In this document: positions 35,421-47,700 of the stretch, in pieces
Position numbering within the stretch: the first letter of the stretch is position 1
How the letters are laid out: every line of letters starts with the position of its first letter
NCBI GenBank assembly: GCA_040954595.2
Contig: CM082581.2
Location: 2,720,699-2,784,698 of the forward strand
Source: Balanoglossus misakiensis
Lineage: Eukaryota > Animalia > Hemichordata
Reading direction: 5' to 3'
Length of the DNA stretch: 64,000 nucleotides
Made by a program: the position numbers and the translations under genes
The notes under the pieces: model-generated
The model's input: the letters and a program-made list of their open reading frames with translations, nothing else
What the model was told of the DNA's origin: nothing
Database searches by the model: none

Positions 35421-38400
35421 TTATGATGTGACGAGGGCGCTGTTACGGAGGGCGCTCTTTTTCTATTGATAAAAGTCAAAATGGAGGACTTGCTGAGGAG
35501 AGGGGGGCTCATACGACTCCTCCCAAGATTTCAGGAGGAAAGAATCGATATTACAACAGTATTGTCCTTAACCAATGAAGAATTGGCTCGATTGGGAGTT
35601 ACCAAAGTAGGTGATCGTTCTAGACTGAGGGATTTATGCAGACCCCACACATCAAATGAGTTTTCTCGAAGTGACCAAGCTGGCGTCGCCAGCACTAGTG
35701 GCACTGCAAGTTCAAGTCACGTACAAAGGGAGCGGTCACTTTTGTTTACGCCTAATCAAAGCAGAGCACAACACAGTTACGGCCGAAGAAGTCGTGCAAA
35801 GAAATGTAAGCGGACATGGACTGGACAGTTTGTTTGTCTTGCTGATCGTAACACCAGTAGCGTCCCATCGTCTGAAATCAAGCAGATACTAACTCGTGCT
35901 GGACTTGGACTGAAACGGCTAACTCTTGACAACGAATGTAATAGCAGAGACTTGATGGATACTTTGATGTCTGATGCTGGATTTCCACAAATACGTGATT
36001 GTGGGGGTGTAGAACTGCTATATTGTGCTCATGCTAAGAAACTAAATGTAATCACATGCAGTTGGTCAGTTCCTGATTTGAAAGCTAATTTAGGGGCTCA
36101 GAGTAAGATATACATAAGACCTGTGCAGAAAAACTTGTCTACTAAACCCATCAATCCAGAGACTGCTGAAGATCCAATAACCCAGATGTGTATGGGCTGT
36201 TTAAATGAATATGATATTCGTGAATTACGTGAACACATGATGACCTGCACAGCACCTTTTGATTCTGATGAAGAAGAGGTTACATATTGTGACAGGAATG
36301 AAGAACAGGATGATAATACTATTATTATTGATCCAGTAGAAAACACAAGGTGAGTTAATCTGCCAATGCTCTCTTTGTTGATAAGTATAGTTTATCTTAT
36401 TCTGATGTAAAACATGTCAAACAATGCAAAATGTTTTAATTTAATGAAAGCTTCTTTGTATACCTGTATGTACATGTATTTTTGTAACGCATTTTGTACC
36501 TTAATGGTAAATAACAACAAAGCATGTCCGACAGTCATAACAATAGTGCCATTTCCCAATGTGTGAATAGTGGTTTTTCTCCCTGGTGATGGCAGTAATT
36601 GCAAGAATTGTGTGTGGTTTACCTGCCAAACACGGACACTATCTAGTATATCATACAATGTATCTGTGCACAATGTCAGTGTATTAAATGCAGGGCAGCA
36701 AGGTCAAAGGATGGAATTTCTCTGAGTTTTAATGTATGCATTGCTTGTTTTCCCCCAGTGACACCACTAGTGGTACCACAATTGTAACACCAAATGAGAG
36801 TGTTGGCCAGTCTGCTGCTGCTTCAGATCCAGAAATCACTGTAAGTTATCATTGATGGCAATTTGATGTAACTGCTTGTATCAGTATGTGTGAAATGCTG
36901 GATTCATAGACAGCAGTGTTTCATCCAGGATGGCATCAATGGGGTGGGGCATCATGCCATGCCCCCTTTGCTAGAATATTTGAGGGGGATTTCACTCTGG
37001 CTAGGGGGTATGTAACATCTCCAACATGTGAGTGACCAATTTGTAAGGGGCACTACCCCCATAACAAATTACTAAGGGGTGAAACCCATCACCCCTCCCC
37101 CGATCTACATGAAACACTGGGGACATAGTAACCTATCCATATCACTTTGATATTTGCAAGTAAACATTGTACAAATCAATTGTGAAACTTGTAAAATAGA
37201 CACATTAGATATAACAGATCTAAAGTCCCAGTCAATGTCACTATTGATTATTTTTTCACAAGTTATGTTTTGTGTGTCAATTGCAAACTCTTGTTTTACT
37301 CCTGAAAGCATGGTAAAATTGACCTGTAAATGTGTAAACAGCATGGGTATTGTTGACAAGTACATTCTAGTCTGGACTGAAATTAAAACCGCAGCAATAT
37401 CAGTGAAGCTTTGTCTCTGTTTTAACAAGCTGAACATTGGGTATTTCAACATTCTATCAGAAGTAGAACAAGAATGAGCAATTGACGCACACACAAAAAA
37501 AGTAAAAAAACATCAAAGTGACAATTTGATTTACTGGGGCTTAACCCTTTCACCCCAGTTCCCACTTTCGAGGTCCAACTTTACCATAGGGTGAAACAGT
37601 GGGGTTGGACAGAACCATGGTGGTGAAAGGGACATTTGGCACCATGTGGAACTGAAATCTTAAAATCCAATTCTGCATTAATTGTGTTAATTCACACAAA
37701 GTAATGTGAATGATTTTTCATTTTTTGTAGCCATACCACACCAGTGAGATGTGTACAGTGGATGATGTTGTGAATACAACTTATGAATACTGCAACGACA
37801 ACAATGTATCCGATCCTGTTGAAATTTTGAGAATTTTTCAAAGTAAAATGGTAACTGGTCGGAAATTGGACATCGAAGATTCAGGTGATGTTGTCGAAGG
37901 TGAAACCAATTTCATTATGGTCAACAGATCTGAAGTCTTACGCACAGCATTTGATGAGATTGGTTTGATCAACGACCCAAGACTGACTTTGGAAGTGGAA
38001 TTCTATGGAGAGGTATGTATTTTGCAAGTTTTCTATATATATACATTCCTCATCGAATTGAAAATGGATAAACTTGGCATGTACTGCACTCAAGACGTAT
38101 GAAGTGATTAAGCAACAAATCTTTACAAATTACAGGAGGCCAGGGACTTTGGTGGCCCCAGGAAAGAATTTTTTACTGAAGTACTGAGGGAAATAAATGA
38201 CAAGTACTTTGAAACTGGTTTAAAACCACATCTTGAGGAAGACTATAAAATTATTGGCACCATAATGGGTAAGTTGTACAATACTTATTTAAGAGCCATG
38301 CACAGCAATTTGAACATTTTGTTTGTTTCTCAATGAATTATAATAAACATGGTTGTCCATTATTCATATTGACATTTCAATATTCTTTGCTAATCAATGT

Positions 38401-38695
38401 ATAGGACTAAGCACACTACAGAATGGAAGAATTCCACAGTTCATGAGTGAAGAAGTGCGACAGCAGCTATTTGAAAAGCCTTCTCCATCCCCATGCATTG
38501 AGAAACTGAGACAAGGGTTTGACAAACTTGGCATTTGCAAGGTATGTCGTTATTCAGTCAACAAGTTGGTATGATAAAAGTATAATTTTTAATAAATTCC
38601 CTTGTCAACCTCACAAGCTACATTGATTAGCTCATAGTCCTTATAGCAATCTTCTTGTAACTAGAACAATTTAATGTTAAATCATTGCTATTTAA

Positions 38696-39304
38696 AGGGG
38701 AAATCTGGCCTAGCTGATTTCTACATAATTTGGTAGCTTTGAGGTCACTCTTTCAGAATAAAACATATTTGCCATGTATAAGTCGCGCGATTTTTTACAA
38801 AATCGAGGGAAAGTTGGCAGAATTTCCAATATGGCATTTACTGTAATTTGAATCATGGAAAAAAGCGCCAGGACCAACTTCCGCCCACCATGGTGTGGGT
38901 GATACCATTCTCCGATTGGTGTCACTTGGCGACAGACTAGGTGTATTTGCATAGCTATTGTTTGTACTTTGCGTCAGTTGATAAATAATCATCAGCAAAG
39001 TTGAAAATCTATTGACAGCTTTCATGAGCTATAACCCGTGAAAAAATATGCAAATACGCCTAGCCTGTCACGCAGTGACACCAACCGGAAAATGGTATCA
39101 CCCACACCAAGGTGGGCGGAAGTTGGTCCTGGCGCTTTTTTCCATGATTCAAATTACAGTAAATGCCATATTGGAAATTCTGCCAACTTTCCCTCGATTT
39201 TGTAAAAAATCGCGCGACTTATACATGGCGAATATGTTTTATTCTGAAAGAGTGACCTCAAAGCTACCAAATTATGTAGAAATCAGCTAGACCGGATTTC
39301 CCCT
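38696..39304. mobile_element. Palindromic MITE, Kolobok-like (TTAA TSD, AGGGG..CCCCT ends), in a HECT intron
   Basis: ~255-bp inverted arms, which explain the mirror ORFs 38710-38952 and 39048-39290. TTAA at 38692-38695 and 39305-39308. Confidence 0.88.
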
Positions 39305-39522
39305 TTAAGTAGTCTTACAGTTGTTTGTTTCATTGCAGCTTGTTAAGAAACTACCCCTGCTTGTGCATTTATTTGTGCCAATGCCAACAGTGCCTTGACA
39401 TTCAGAAAGCTGAAGACCCTATTAAAACCCAAGTTCAGTCCCGATGGATCTAATAATCGCAGAGAAGAGAACAACGTGTACGCGAGCTTCATTTCGTACA
39501 TGACAGAAGCTGCAGGCAAGTA

Positions 39523-41880
39523 TTTTTAGCTCACGTGAAAATCACGTGAGCTTATGGTTTAGCGATGTCTGTGTGTGTGTATGTATGTGTGTGTGTGTGT
39601 GTGTCTGTCTGTATACCCGATATCTCAAGAACCGCTGAACCGGTTTCAACTAAATTTAGTACACAGGTTTAGATATCATATGGCAAGAACTGAAAAGGTT
39701 TTGGTGGGTGTGGCTTTGATATTAATGAAGTTATTTAAGTTTTAATTTTTCTATTACATGGTTGTCTATGTGAGCTTTCGTAAATGCCGCATATATGACC
39801 AGTAGAAACGATAGTTTGAGGAGATCGACTGTTTGAGGGCGCTGTGAAATGAGACATTCCTGGCGATATTGCCGTGGTTCTGTCCATGCTCAGACGCTGT
39901 ACCCGTCGTTACGAATAACTTCCCTACGTGAATCCACAAGGAAGCTAACGTTGTTTAGTTGCTTCATAGAGCGTAAATTGTTAATCTACAGGACCGTCAG
40001 ACGAATACTCTTTTCAAATGAAGTTTGAAACTACTTACGAGTAAGTTAGTGGAGACAATATGGCGGATAGTTGGCGTGCAGCCGAATCCGCGTTATGACT
40101 ATGACGTGACCCATTCATCAAGACAAACCGTAAATGATTCACGCATATTGTGGTCCTCACGCAGTCAATCTCAAAATGTCACCAGGCTTTCTATTTGTCT
40201 ATTGTTCAGAGAAAAATAATGTGGCGGTTGATCACACTCAACAGTAAAATCCGTTTTGTGAATTTATAGACAGTCTGTTATCGCCAATACTATATAGCGA
40301 TTGCTAGATGGCCTACCCAATATGTGATCGAGCGAGAATGATAACATTGAATGTCTGTTAAGATCTCATTCCGTACGTCATACGTCAACATTTCGATTTC
40401 GATTTAATCCATTCATAAAGAATTTAGAGAAAGTCGTCTTGAATTGTGACCCCGATTATCAATTTTACGATGTTTTTTTTGGCGACGGAATACACGAGAC
40501 GCCATTGCATAACTACGTCAGCTGGACTTCCAAGGTTACCATTTTGTGTGTATGGAATCTTATCACAGAGACTACGTACTTTGACAATATGCCATGCTAT
40601 ATCAATGACGCCCCAGAAAATTTGTCGAAGAATGAATTTGTCTTCTCATGGTGGTGCAATATATTTTAATGTCTATTTTGAGGTTGATTTTGGTTTTTGG
40701 CTAACATGTATATCAATGTCAGCTTATAGCATAAGTTGGTGTCCGTCGTCTATGTATGTCTGTATGTGTGCCTCATACAGAATTATGTATTTTGCGAACG
40801 GATCAGTTTCGTCTAAATGTATTGATGTATGTATGTGTATGTCCATCAACATCAAAAACTTGAAAATACTGATATTTAGTGTGTACATAGAAATTGTTAT
40901 TGCGAAAAAAATGCATACTGGTATTAACTGGAAAAATGTTCAAATAGTCAAAATTGAAAAACTTAATAACAGCGGATCAGATTCAGTTAAAAATTGGCGT
41001 GCATTGGTGTGCAAGTACTATGGGAAGACCTCGTATGATTTTGTTCAGGTGGAGTCAGTATCTGGCGTTTGCTATTTTTTATGAATTTTTGGGGGAATTT
41101 TCTGCAGTTTTGTTAAACAAATTTCTTCTCTGAAATTACATGTCCAATTGATTGGAAACTTGGTATGGAGGTTCATAGGGCTTACCTGAATCACATTTGT
41201 GCAAACGGTGGTGAAATTTGCAAAAATGCATTTTTGGGCAATATTTCCTGTTTTTGTCAAAAAATCAAATCCCGTGAAACTGTAAGTGCAATTGTTTTGA
41301 TACTTTGTATTTGGGTTTCTAGGGGTGATCTCAGTCAGATATGATCAAATTGTAAAGAAATTTGCATAATTGTATTTTTGGGGAATTCTGCAGGGTTTGG
41401 CCAAATAGTCTTCAGTAAAACCACAAGTCCAATTGATTGGAAACTTTGAATGGGAATTCATATATGTGATATCAGTCAGATTTGTCTGAATTACCTGTTG
41501 TTTGCCAAAATGTCTTCCTTATTGAAACTTGTTAAAGAGGTTCTTAGGCATGAACAGAAATCAGATTTGTTGAAATCTGGTGAAATATTCATACTTTTTG
41601 GTATATTTCTTGCCATTTTTGATCAACGAGTTTTAGAATTCCATAGACTTATCTTTTTATGCAGTTCAGGATGGGGTACATGACTCATAACCCCTTACAA
41701 AAATTGACAAGGCAACAATTCCACAAACATGTTTACATTTCACAATGGTGCAACACACAACCCTTACACCATATACACTATAAACCAAATTGGTTTAACA
41801 CTGGTTTTTCTAATCTTGTTATTCTGTCAACCAATCACAGTACTGCACGTGAGCATATTCAGTTAATATCTGGTTGCAGA
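39523..41880 (+). mobile_element. Helentron/DINE-1-like composite non-autonomous element in a HECT intron
   Basis: Starts TTTTTAGCTCACGTGAAAATCACGTGAGCT (hairpin) followed by a (GT)n microsatellite; subterminal inverted CACGTGAGC at ~41846. Boundaries approximate. Confidence 0.55.
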
Positions 41881-41923
41881 CATAAAACACAAAAGGGGGA
41901 TTCTGTCTGTCTGTATGCATGCA

Positions 41924-41959
<36 letters not shown>

Positions 41960-42696
41960 TTTGTTTGTATACTTACCATTTTTATTGACAAATCCGATCC
42001 TCTAAACCACTTGTCACATTGCTTTCAAATTTGAATGGCATGTTACTATGATTTGTTGAGTGAAACTGCTTCTTATATTTGTGTTTGTATGGACACTTTT
42101 TGCCATTTTTGGTCCCCCAAAAAACAAAAATATTTCTCTAGAACCGCATGTCAGATTGCCATGATACTTGATAGGCAAGTTAATTTTCTCTACATTTCTG
42201 TATTTATAATATTTGCTTAGATCATGTCTGCTAACAAATTTCATGTGCATGTTATTTTTATTCCAGTGTACACATATTTCTGTGCAATCCCTAAATGGGA
42301 CAAAAGTGTTATTGACGGTGTTTTTATACTTCTCTCTTCAATTTAGGTGGTAGGAGATGCGATGGTGACATCACCCTCAATCATATACTGAAATTTGTCA
42401 CATGTGATCTTGAGGAACCAGTTCTTGGCTATACAGAAGCTCCTGCTATTGATTTTTATGAAGCAGGATCTTCTTTCATTCCGACAGCCAACACCTGTAT
42501 TAATATGTTGAAGCTGCCCAGAGGTACCCAGGACAATCCACTTCCAGACAGAGACATTCTGTTTAAACTATATGATTATGCGTTTTCAAATAACTATTTT
42601 GGTGCGGTATAACTTTTTATACCACTCCAGGTCATGTGACCTATTGTTCTTGCCATCCATTTTTTTCTAGGCAAATTAGTAATCAGCTACCGTATA

Positions 42697-43125
42697 CTTT
42701 TATTAGCTCTGCTCTCACTTGTGTCAGCCGAGCTATAGCAGTAGGTTGATAAGTGTCCGTCCGGCGTCCGTCAACTTTTGGTATTTCAATCTTCTTCTTT
42801 AAAACAACTTGACATATTTAGCTGAAATTTGGTTGGAATATGTGTTATGGTGTCCTTAACTGATTTTGTTCATTTGGATTTGATAGGGTCATGAATATGC
42901 AAATTAGAACCTTGGTGCTTCCTTTTGTTGTTCTTTAGGATTCAATTCTTTCTTTCTTTAGCACAATGAATCAAGCTGAATTTGGATAAATACTTGTGAT
43001 GTCTATGTTTGGTTTTGTTCAATAGAATACAATTGTTATGAATTAAAACCTAGGGTATTCATATCATTGCCCAGGTTACACTGTTAAAGTCAGCAGAGCT
43101 CTTTTGACCGACAGGTCACGTGTTT
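42697..43125 (+). mobile_element. Short Helentron/DINE-1-like element
   Basis: AGCTCTGCT near 42705 and inverted AGCAGAGCT near 43092, GTCC microsatellite, 3' hairpin TGACC-GACA-GGTCA, T-rich ends. Confidence 0.55.
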
Positions 43126-44765
43126 CATTATATGTCCTAGGATATATAATACAGTTTAAGCATTTTAAAAATCCAGTTGGTGTGTTCATTGAAAGCAATC
43201 TAGTAAGTCTCTCAAAAGTTACATGTTGTATGTATTGGTAGTGATTTTTCTAAGATAGTTTTTCTGGGGTCACTGATCAAGAATTACTTTGGTTAATACT
43301 TGGCCAGGATGCTCTCTGTTAAGATTGTTGTGTTCAGTGTAGCTTGCAACTTTTACAAAGTTGAATAAAAAAGAGTTATCTTGAAAAAAAGTTGTTTCTA
43401 TTGTGATATTTTGAGGCTCATGCTATAGAGTCAGTTGGTCAATGAGTAGTCGTGCACCCGACTGATATTGCAAATAGTCATGTGCCCTGGTGGTCATACT
43501 GGGTTTTCTGAAAAAAGTAAAAATGGCATTTTATCCTTAACTAAAGTACAAATCAAGTTTTATTTTGGTGTGCGATATACATGTCTTCTGCCCTTCAAAG
43601 TTTGCCAATAAATCAAGAGTAATCACATGACTTTTGCCGCCATATTGAATTTAAAAATATCCCAGAACCAGTTATTACTGAGTTGTACGATTATGTGTAT
43701 GTGTTCCCCTGATTGAGGTCTTGAAAGATTATCAGATTTCAGAGCGGTGTACTGAGGGTGGCCATATTGTTTTTCCCAAAAAAATACAAAACGACTTGCA
43801 TTCCAAAACCAGACTGCTATTTTAATAATTATGATTGAGAAATACAAATGTGTGGTTCGTTCATGTTCAAGCATGGCAAATGTACACATTCTTATTTCTC
43901 CAGTAGTTCTAGGCCATGCTTGAATTCCAGACATATCATGAAGCAAATTTGAATGTTAGTTGCAGGAATATACTACTATACACTGCAACTCATGTGGTAA
44001 CCGTATTCAGAATGATTGGTTGCCTTGCATAACAATTATATCAAGGATTTCCTGTAAAGTTTTGAATAATTGATAATGCATTCCTGTATATGTCAATACC
44101 ATGATTTTCTGATTGCCATGTTGGTGATATTGATCGTGAAAGTAGAGCCAAGCATTCATCAGTTGGTTGCATGGAAGGGCCATCCAAGATGGTCTGGAGT
44201 GATTTGTGGGTTCAAAGTCAACGTCTCCTTCGACTCCATACTCGTCAATATCACTGTCAGACAGGTCGATCCCAATGGGATTTTGTAACTGACCTGCAAC
44301 CCATAAACGAAGTGGTGATGAACCCACTGTCCTCAATCTGTGACAAATCCAGGCATTTCGCCAGAGTTCTAATTTGTGATTGATCCTTTCCAGAAACACA
44401 TAATGAAGGGCTGCAATGTGAACAGGATTTAATGGATCCAGAATGGAATTGTCCTCCAAAAAGTAAAATACCTCATAGTACAGAGCAAGCACTCCTTCAT
44501 AAGCATCACGCCATAACCTTTCAATTCTCTGGTTATGCACACTGCTACCTGTGATCATACTGCCACAGTTAACTCCTCGCTTTTCTATCATAAAATCCGC
44601 AATATAGACATTTTCCATGCCTTTGTCAGATCAAACCCTGCTTGGAATGCCATAGGTTCTAACAGCTGATTTAAAGCATGCCAATAAGGTATCTGCTCTG
44701 TTGTTATCCCTGCATTGTAGCATTACAGGAAGTCGGCTGACTCCATCAATGCCACCAATGATAAC

Positions 44766-47700
44766 TAGAGAACATTACGTCATAGCAGATAGACGATCTT
44801 TATATTGATGCGCATGCGCGACCATGTTGCATTGCGAGACACTCTCTCACATTTCCAAAGTACTTGCTCTGTACGTGTTTGGTTATTGTTGTCACATAAA
44901 GTGATCAAACAAATAGAATCGTGTTCTTATTTATAACCAAACAAGTACAGAGCAACCGAGCGGAGCTGCGGACACTTAACAAGGCGACGCTGGATGCGAA
45001 GTTAGTGAACCACAACAGCACCCACGACGACGGACAGGCCGCTGTGCACATCACCACTGCAAGCCACTGTTACACGTCGACATCCGCCGTATACGTGGAG
45101 CAGTACTCAGCTCGGAACAGTACACGCACGTGTGAGTAGCCAAAATCGGAACATTGTAAACTCCCCCGATGGCGCCCGTAAATGCGAGATGCCCGATCGA
45201 GAATTGTGACTATGCAGCCACACATACAGAGGCAGCGATAGTGGCGGCCATGTTGAATATACACGCCACTGTACATACAGCAGCCCCCAATGCGCCAGGA
45301 GGGAACGCTAAGGTCGAGAAATTGAGGCGCCCAACCATAGCACTAGCTGGAACGAGCGAGACCTGGTCGTACTTTATAACCCGTTGGGAAGAATACAAAA
45401 CGGGTACAAAACTCACCGGGCCTGACGTGGTTTCACAACTGCTGGAATGCTGTGAGGAAGACCTCAGAAAAGATCTCACTCGATCAGCAGGTAGGAGCTT
45501 AGCGAACAATAATGAGAAAGACGTCCTGGCGGCCATGAGGGCGCTCGCCGTCCGAGCAGAAAACACCATGGTGGCTCGGGTAGCACTGTCCAATATGCGG
45601 CAGGGTCATGAAGAGCCAGTTCGGTCATTCCATGCCCGTATTAAAGGACAGGCAGATACATGTAAATACACAATGAAGTGCACCAAGGCCGGTTGTGAGC
45701 AAATTAACGACTTCACAGAGGAAATACTGCGTGATGTGATTGCCCGGGGCATAGCAGACCAGGAAATTCAACTTGACCTGCTCGGTGAGAAAAATCAAAA
45801 CATGCTACTGAAGGACATGATAGAATACATCGAGGCCAAGGAATCTGGCAGACGCTCTGCATCAAGCCTGCTCGACCCCCGAAGCAGCGACGCAATTAGT
45901 AGCTCGTACCGGCGGGTAAAACAACGGGACGTCCGCACTAAGAAGAGAGCCGGGCCGGAAAAACCCAAAATTAAACCCGAGGGGACATGCGTTTATTGCA
46001 ATGAGGGAGGCCACGGCAAAACACCTCAATGGCACATCAGACGTACTGAATGCCCCGCATATGGAAAAAAGTGCCAGAAATGCGGCCGTCAAAATCACCT
46101 GGACAGGGCGTGTCGGAGCAGCCGACCGGCCAGGCCCCCACCCAATGAAACTGATGAGGTGTATAACGAACAGACAGCAGTATTTACCGAACTGTGCACA
46201 GCCACCACAACCCACACAAATGACGAGCTATGCACGCTCCCCCTCGATCATCACCTGTACGACGACATGTGTAACAAGTGGATGAAACGCGTGTCCAGCC
46301 CGCAGCCATACGTCAACGTCACCCTCACCAGTGAACGGGAAGATTACAAAGCACTGGGCTTCGACCTCCCGAAGCGCACTCGCACAGTGTCCCTCCCCGC
46401 CATGGCTGACACAGGGTGTCAAAGCTGCTTGATTGGCATCAAAGTTGCCCAAAAAATGGGCCTGAGTACTGCGGACTTAATTCCAGTATCCATGACCATG
46501 AAAGCTGCAAACAACGAGGGGATCCGCATCCTTGGAGCGGCGGTGATCAGATTCGCCGGCGATACTGATAACGCTCGAAAGTTAGTAACGCGCCAAATCG
46601 CGTATGTGACAGACTCCACAGACCGCATATTCCTCTCCCGTGCAGCATGCGTCGACCTGGGGATGATCTCGGACAAATTCCCAACTCTGGGCGAAGTAAA
46701 CCTGACAAGTTCGGAATCATGCGACTGCCCGCGACGCGCAGAGCCGCCGACTAAACCAACCACACTCCCCATGCCAGCGACCGAGGCTAACAGAGAGGCA
46801 CTTCAGAAACATTTGTTGGAATTGTATGCTCAAAGCACATTCAACACGTGCCCACATCAAACATTGCCAAAAATGACTGGCCCACCACTTCCCCTTATGC
46901 TTGATGAGGACGCGACACCTGTCGCCCACCACACTCCCATCCCAGTGGCCGTACACTGGCAAGACGAAGTAAAAGCTGGTCTTGATCAGGATGTTCGCCT
47001 CGGCGTATTGGAGGAAGTACCCATAGGCACACCAGTCACATGGTGTCACCGCATGGTGATCTGTGCGAAAAAGAATGGCAAACCGAGACGCACCGTCGAC
47101 TTCCAAGCGTTAAACAAGCATGCATTTCGCGAAACCCACCACACTCAATCCCCGTTCCACCAAGCAAGACGTGTTCCTAACGGGAAGCGCAAAACAATCT
47201 TCGATGCATGGAACGGTTACCACAGTGTCCCACTACACGAAGATGACCGTCACAAAACAACCTTCATAACCCCATGGGGACGCTACCGCTATTTATCGGC
47301 CCCCCAAGGGTACATGGCTTCGGGAGACGGCTACTCACGGCGATATGATGAGTTAGTGGCGGACATCGGCAACAAGATTAAGTGCGTGGACGACACACTA
47401 CTATGGTCAGACACAATCGAAGAAAGCTACTTCCAAGCAGTCGAATGGCTGGACATATGCGGTCGGAACGGAATTGTCCTCAACCCTCAGAAATTCGTTT
47501 TCAGTGCACCCACAGTGGACTTTGCAGGCTTCACGATAACCATGACTGACGTGCGACCATGCAGCCGCTACCTGGAAGCCATCCACAATTTCCCACGACC
47601 ACGCAATATAACTGACATCAGATCATGGTTCGGGTTGGTCAACCAAGTGGCTTACGCCTTCAGTATGACGAAACGCATACAGCCATTCCGGAAACTTCTG

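Larger units (their letters stand above)
35481..42612 (+). pseudogene. SAM-domain + G2E3-like HECT E3 ubiquitin ligase gene (transposon-borne), 7 exons, one frameshift
   Basis: Exons 35481-36349, 36759-36840, 37731-38012, 38136-38268, 38405-38541, 39339-39515 (GC donor) and 42347-42612. SAM: FQEERIDITTVLSLTNEELARLGVTKVGDRSRL. HECT: LEVEFYGEEARDFGGPRKEFF, ILKFVTC, catalytic PTANTC, C-terminal YFGAV*. A 1-nt frameshift near 39380 in exon 6. Confidence 0.85.

Noticed and set aside
35004-35512. Repetitive ORFs (ITSPRRC..)
   Set aside because: Translations of the 42-bp minisatellite.
38710-39290. Two near-identical 80-aa ORFs on opposite strands
   Set aside because: Artefact of the palindromic MITE.
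40446-41084. 212-aa ORF
   Set aside because: Lies within an intronic repeat element, includes microsatellite translation and shows no motif.
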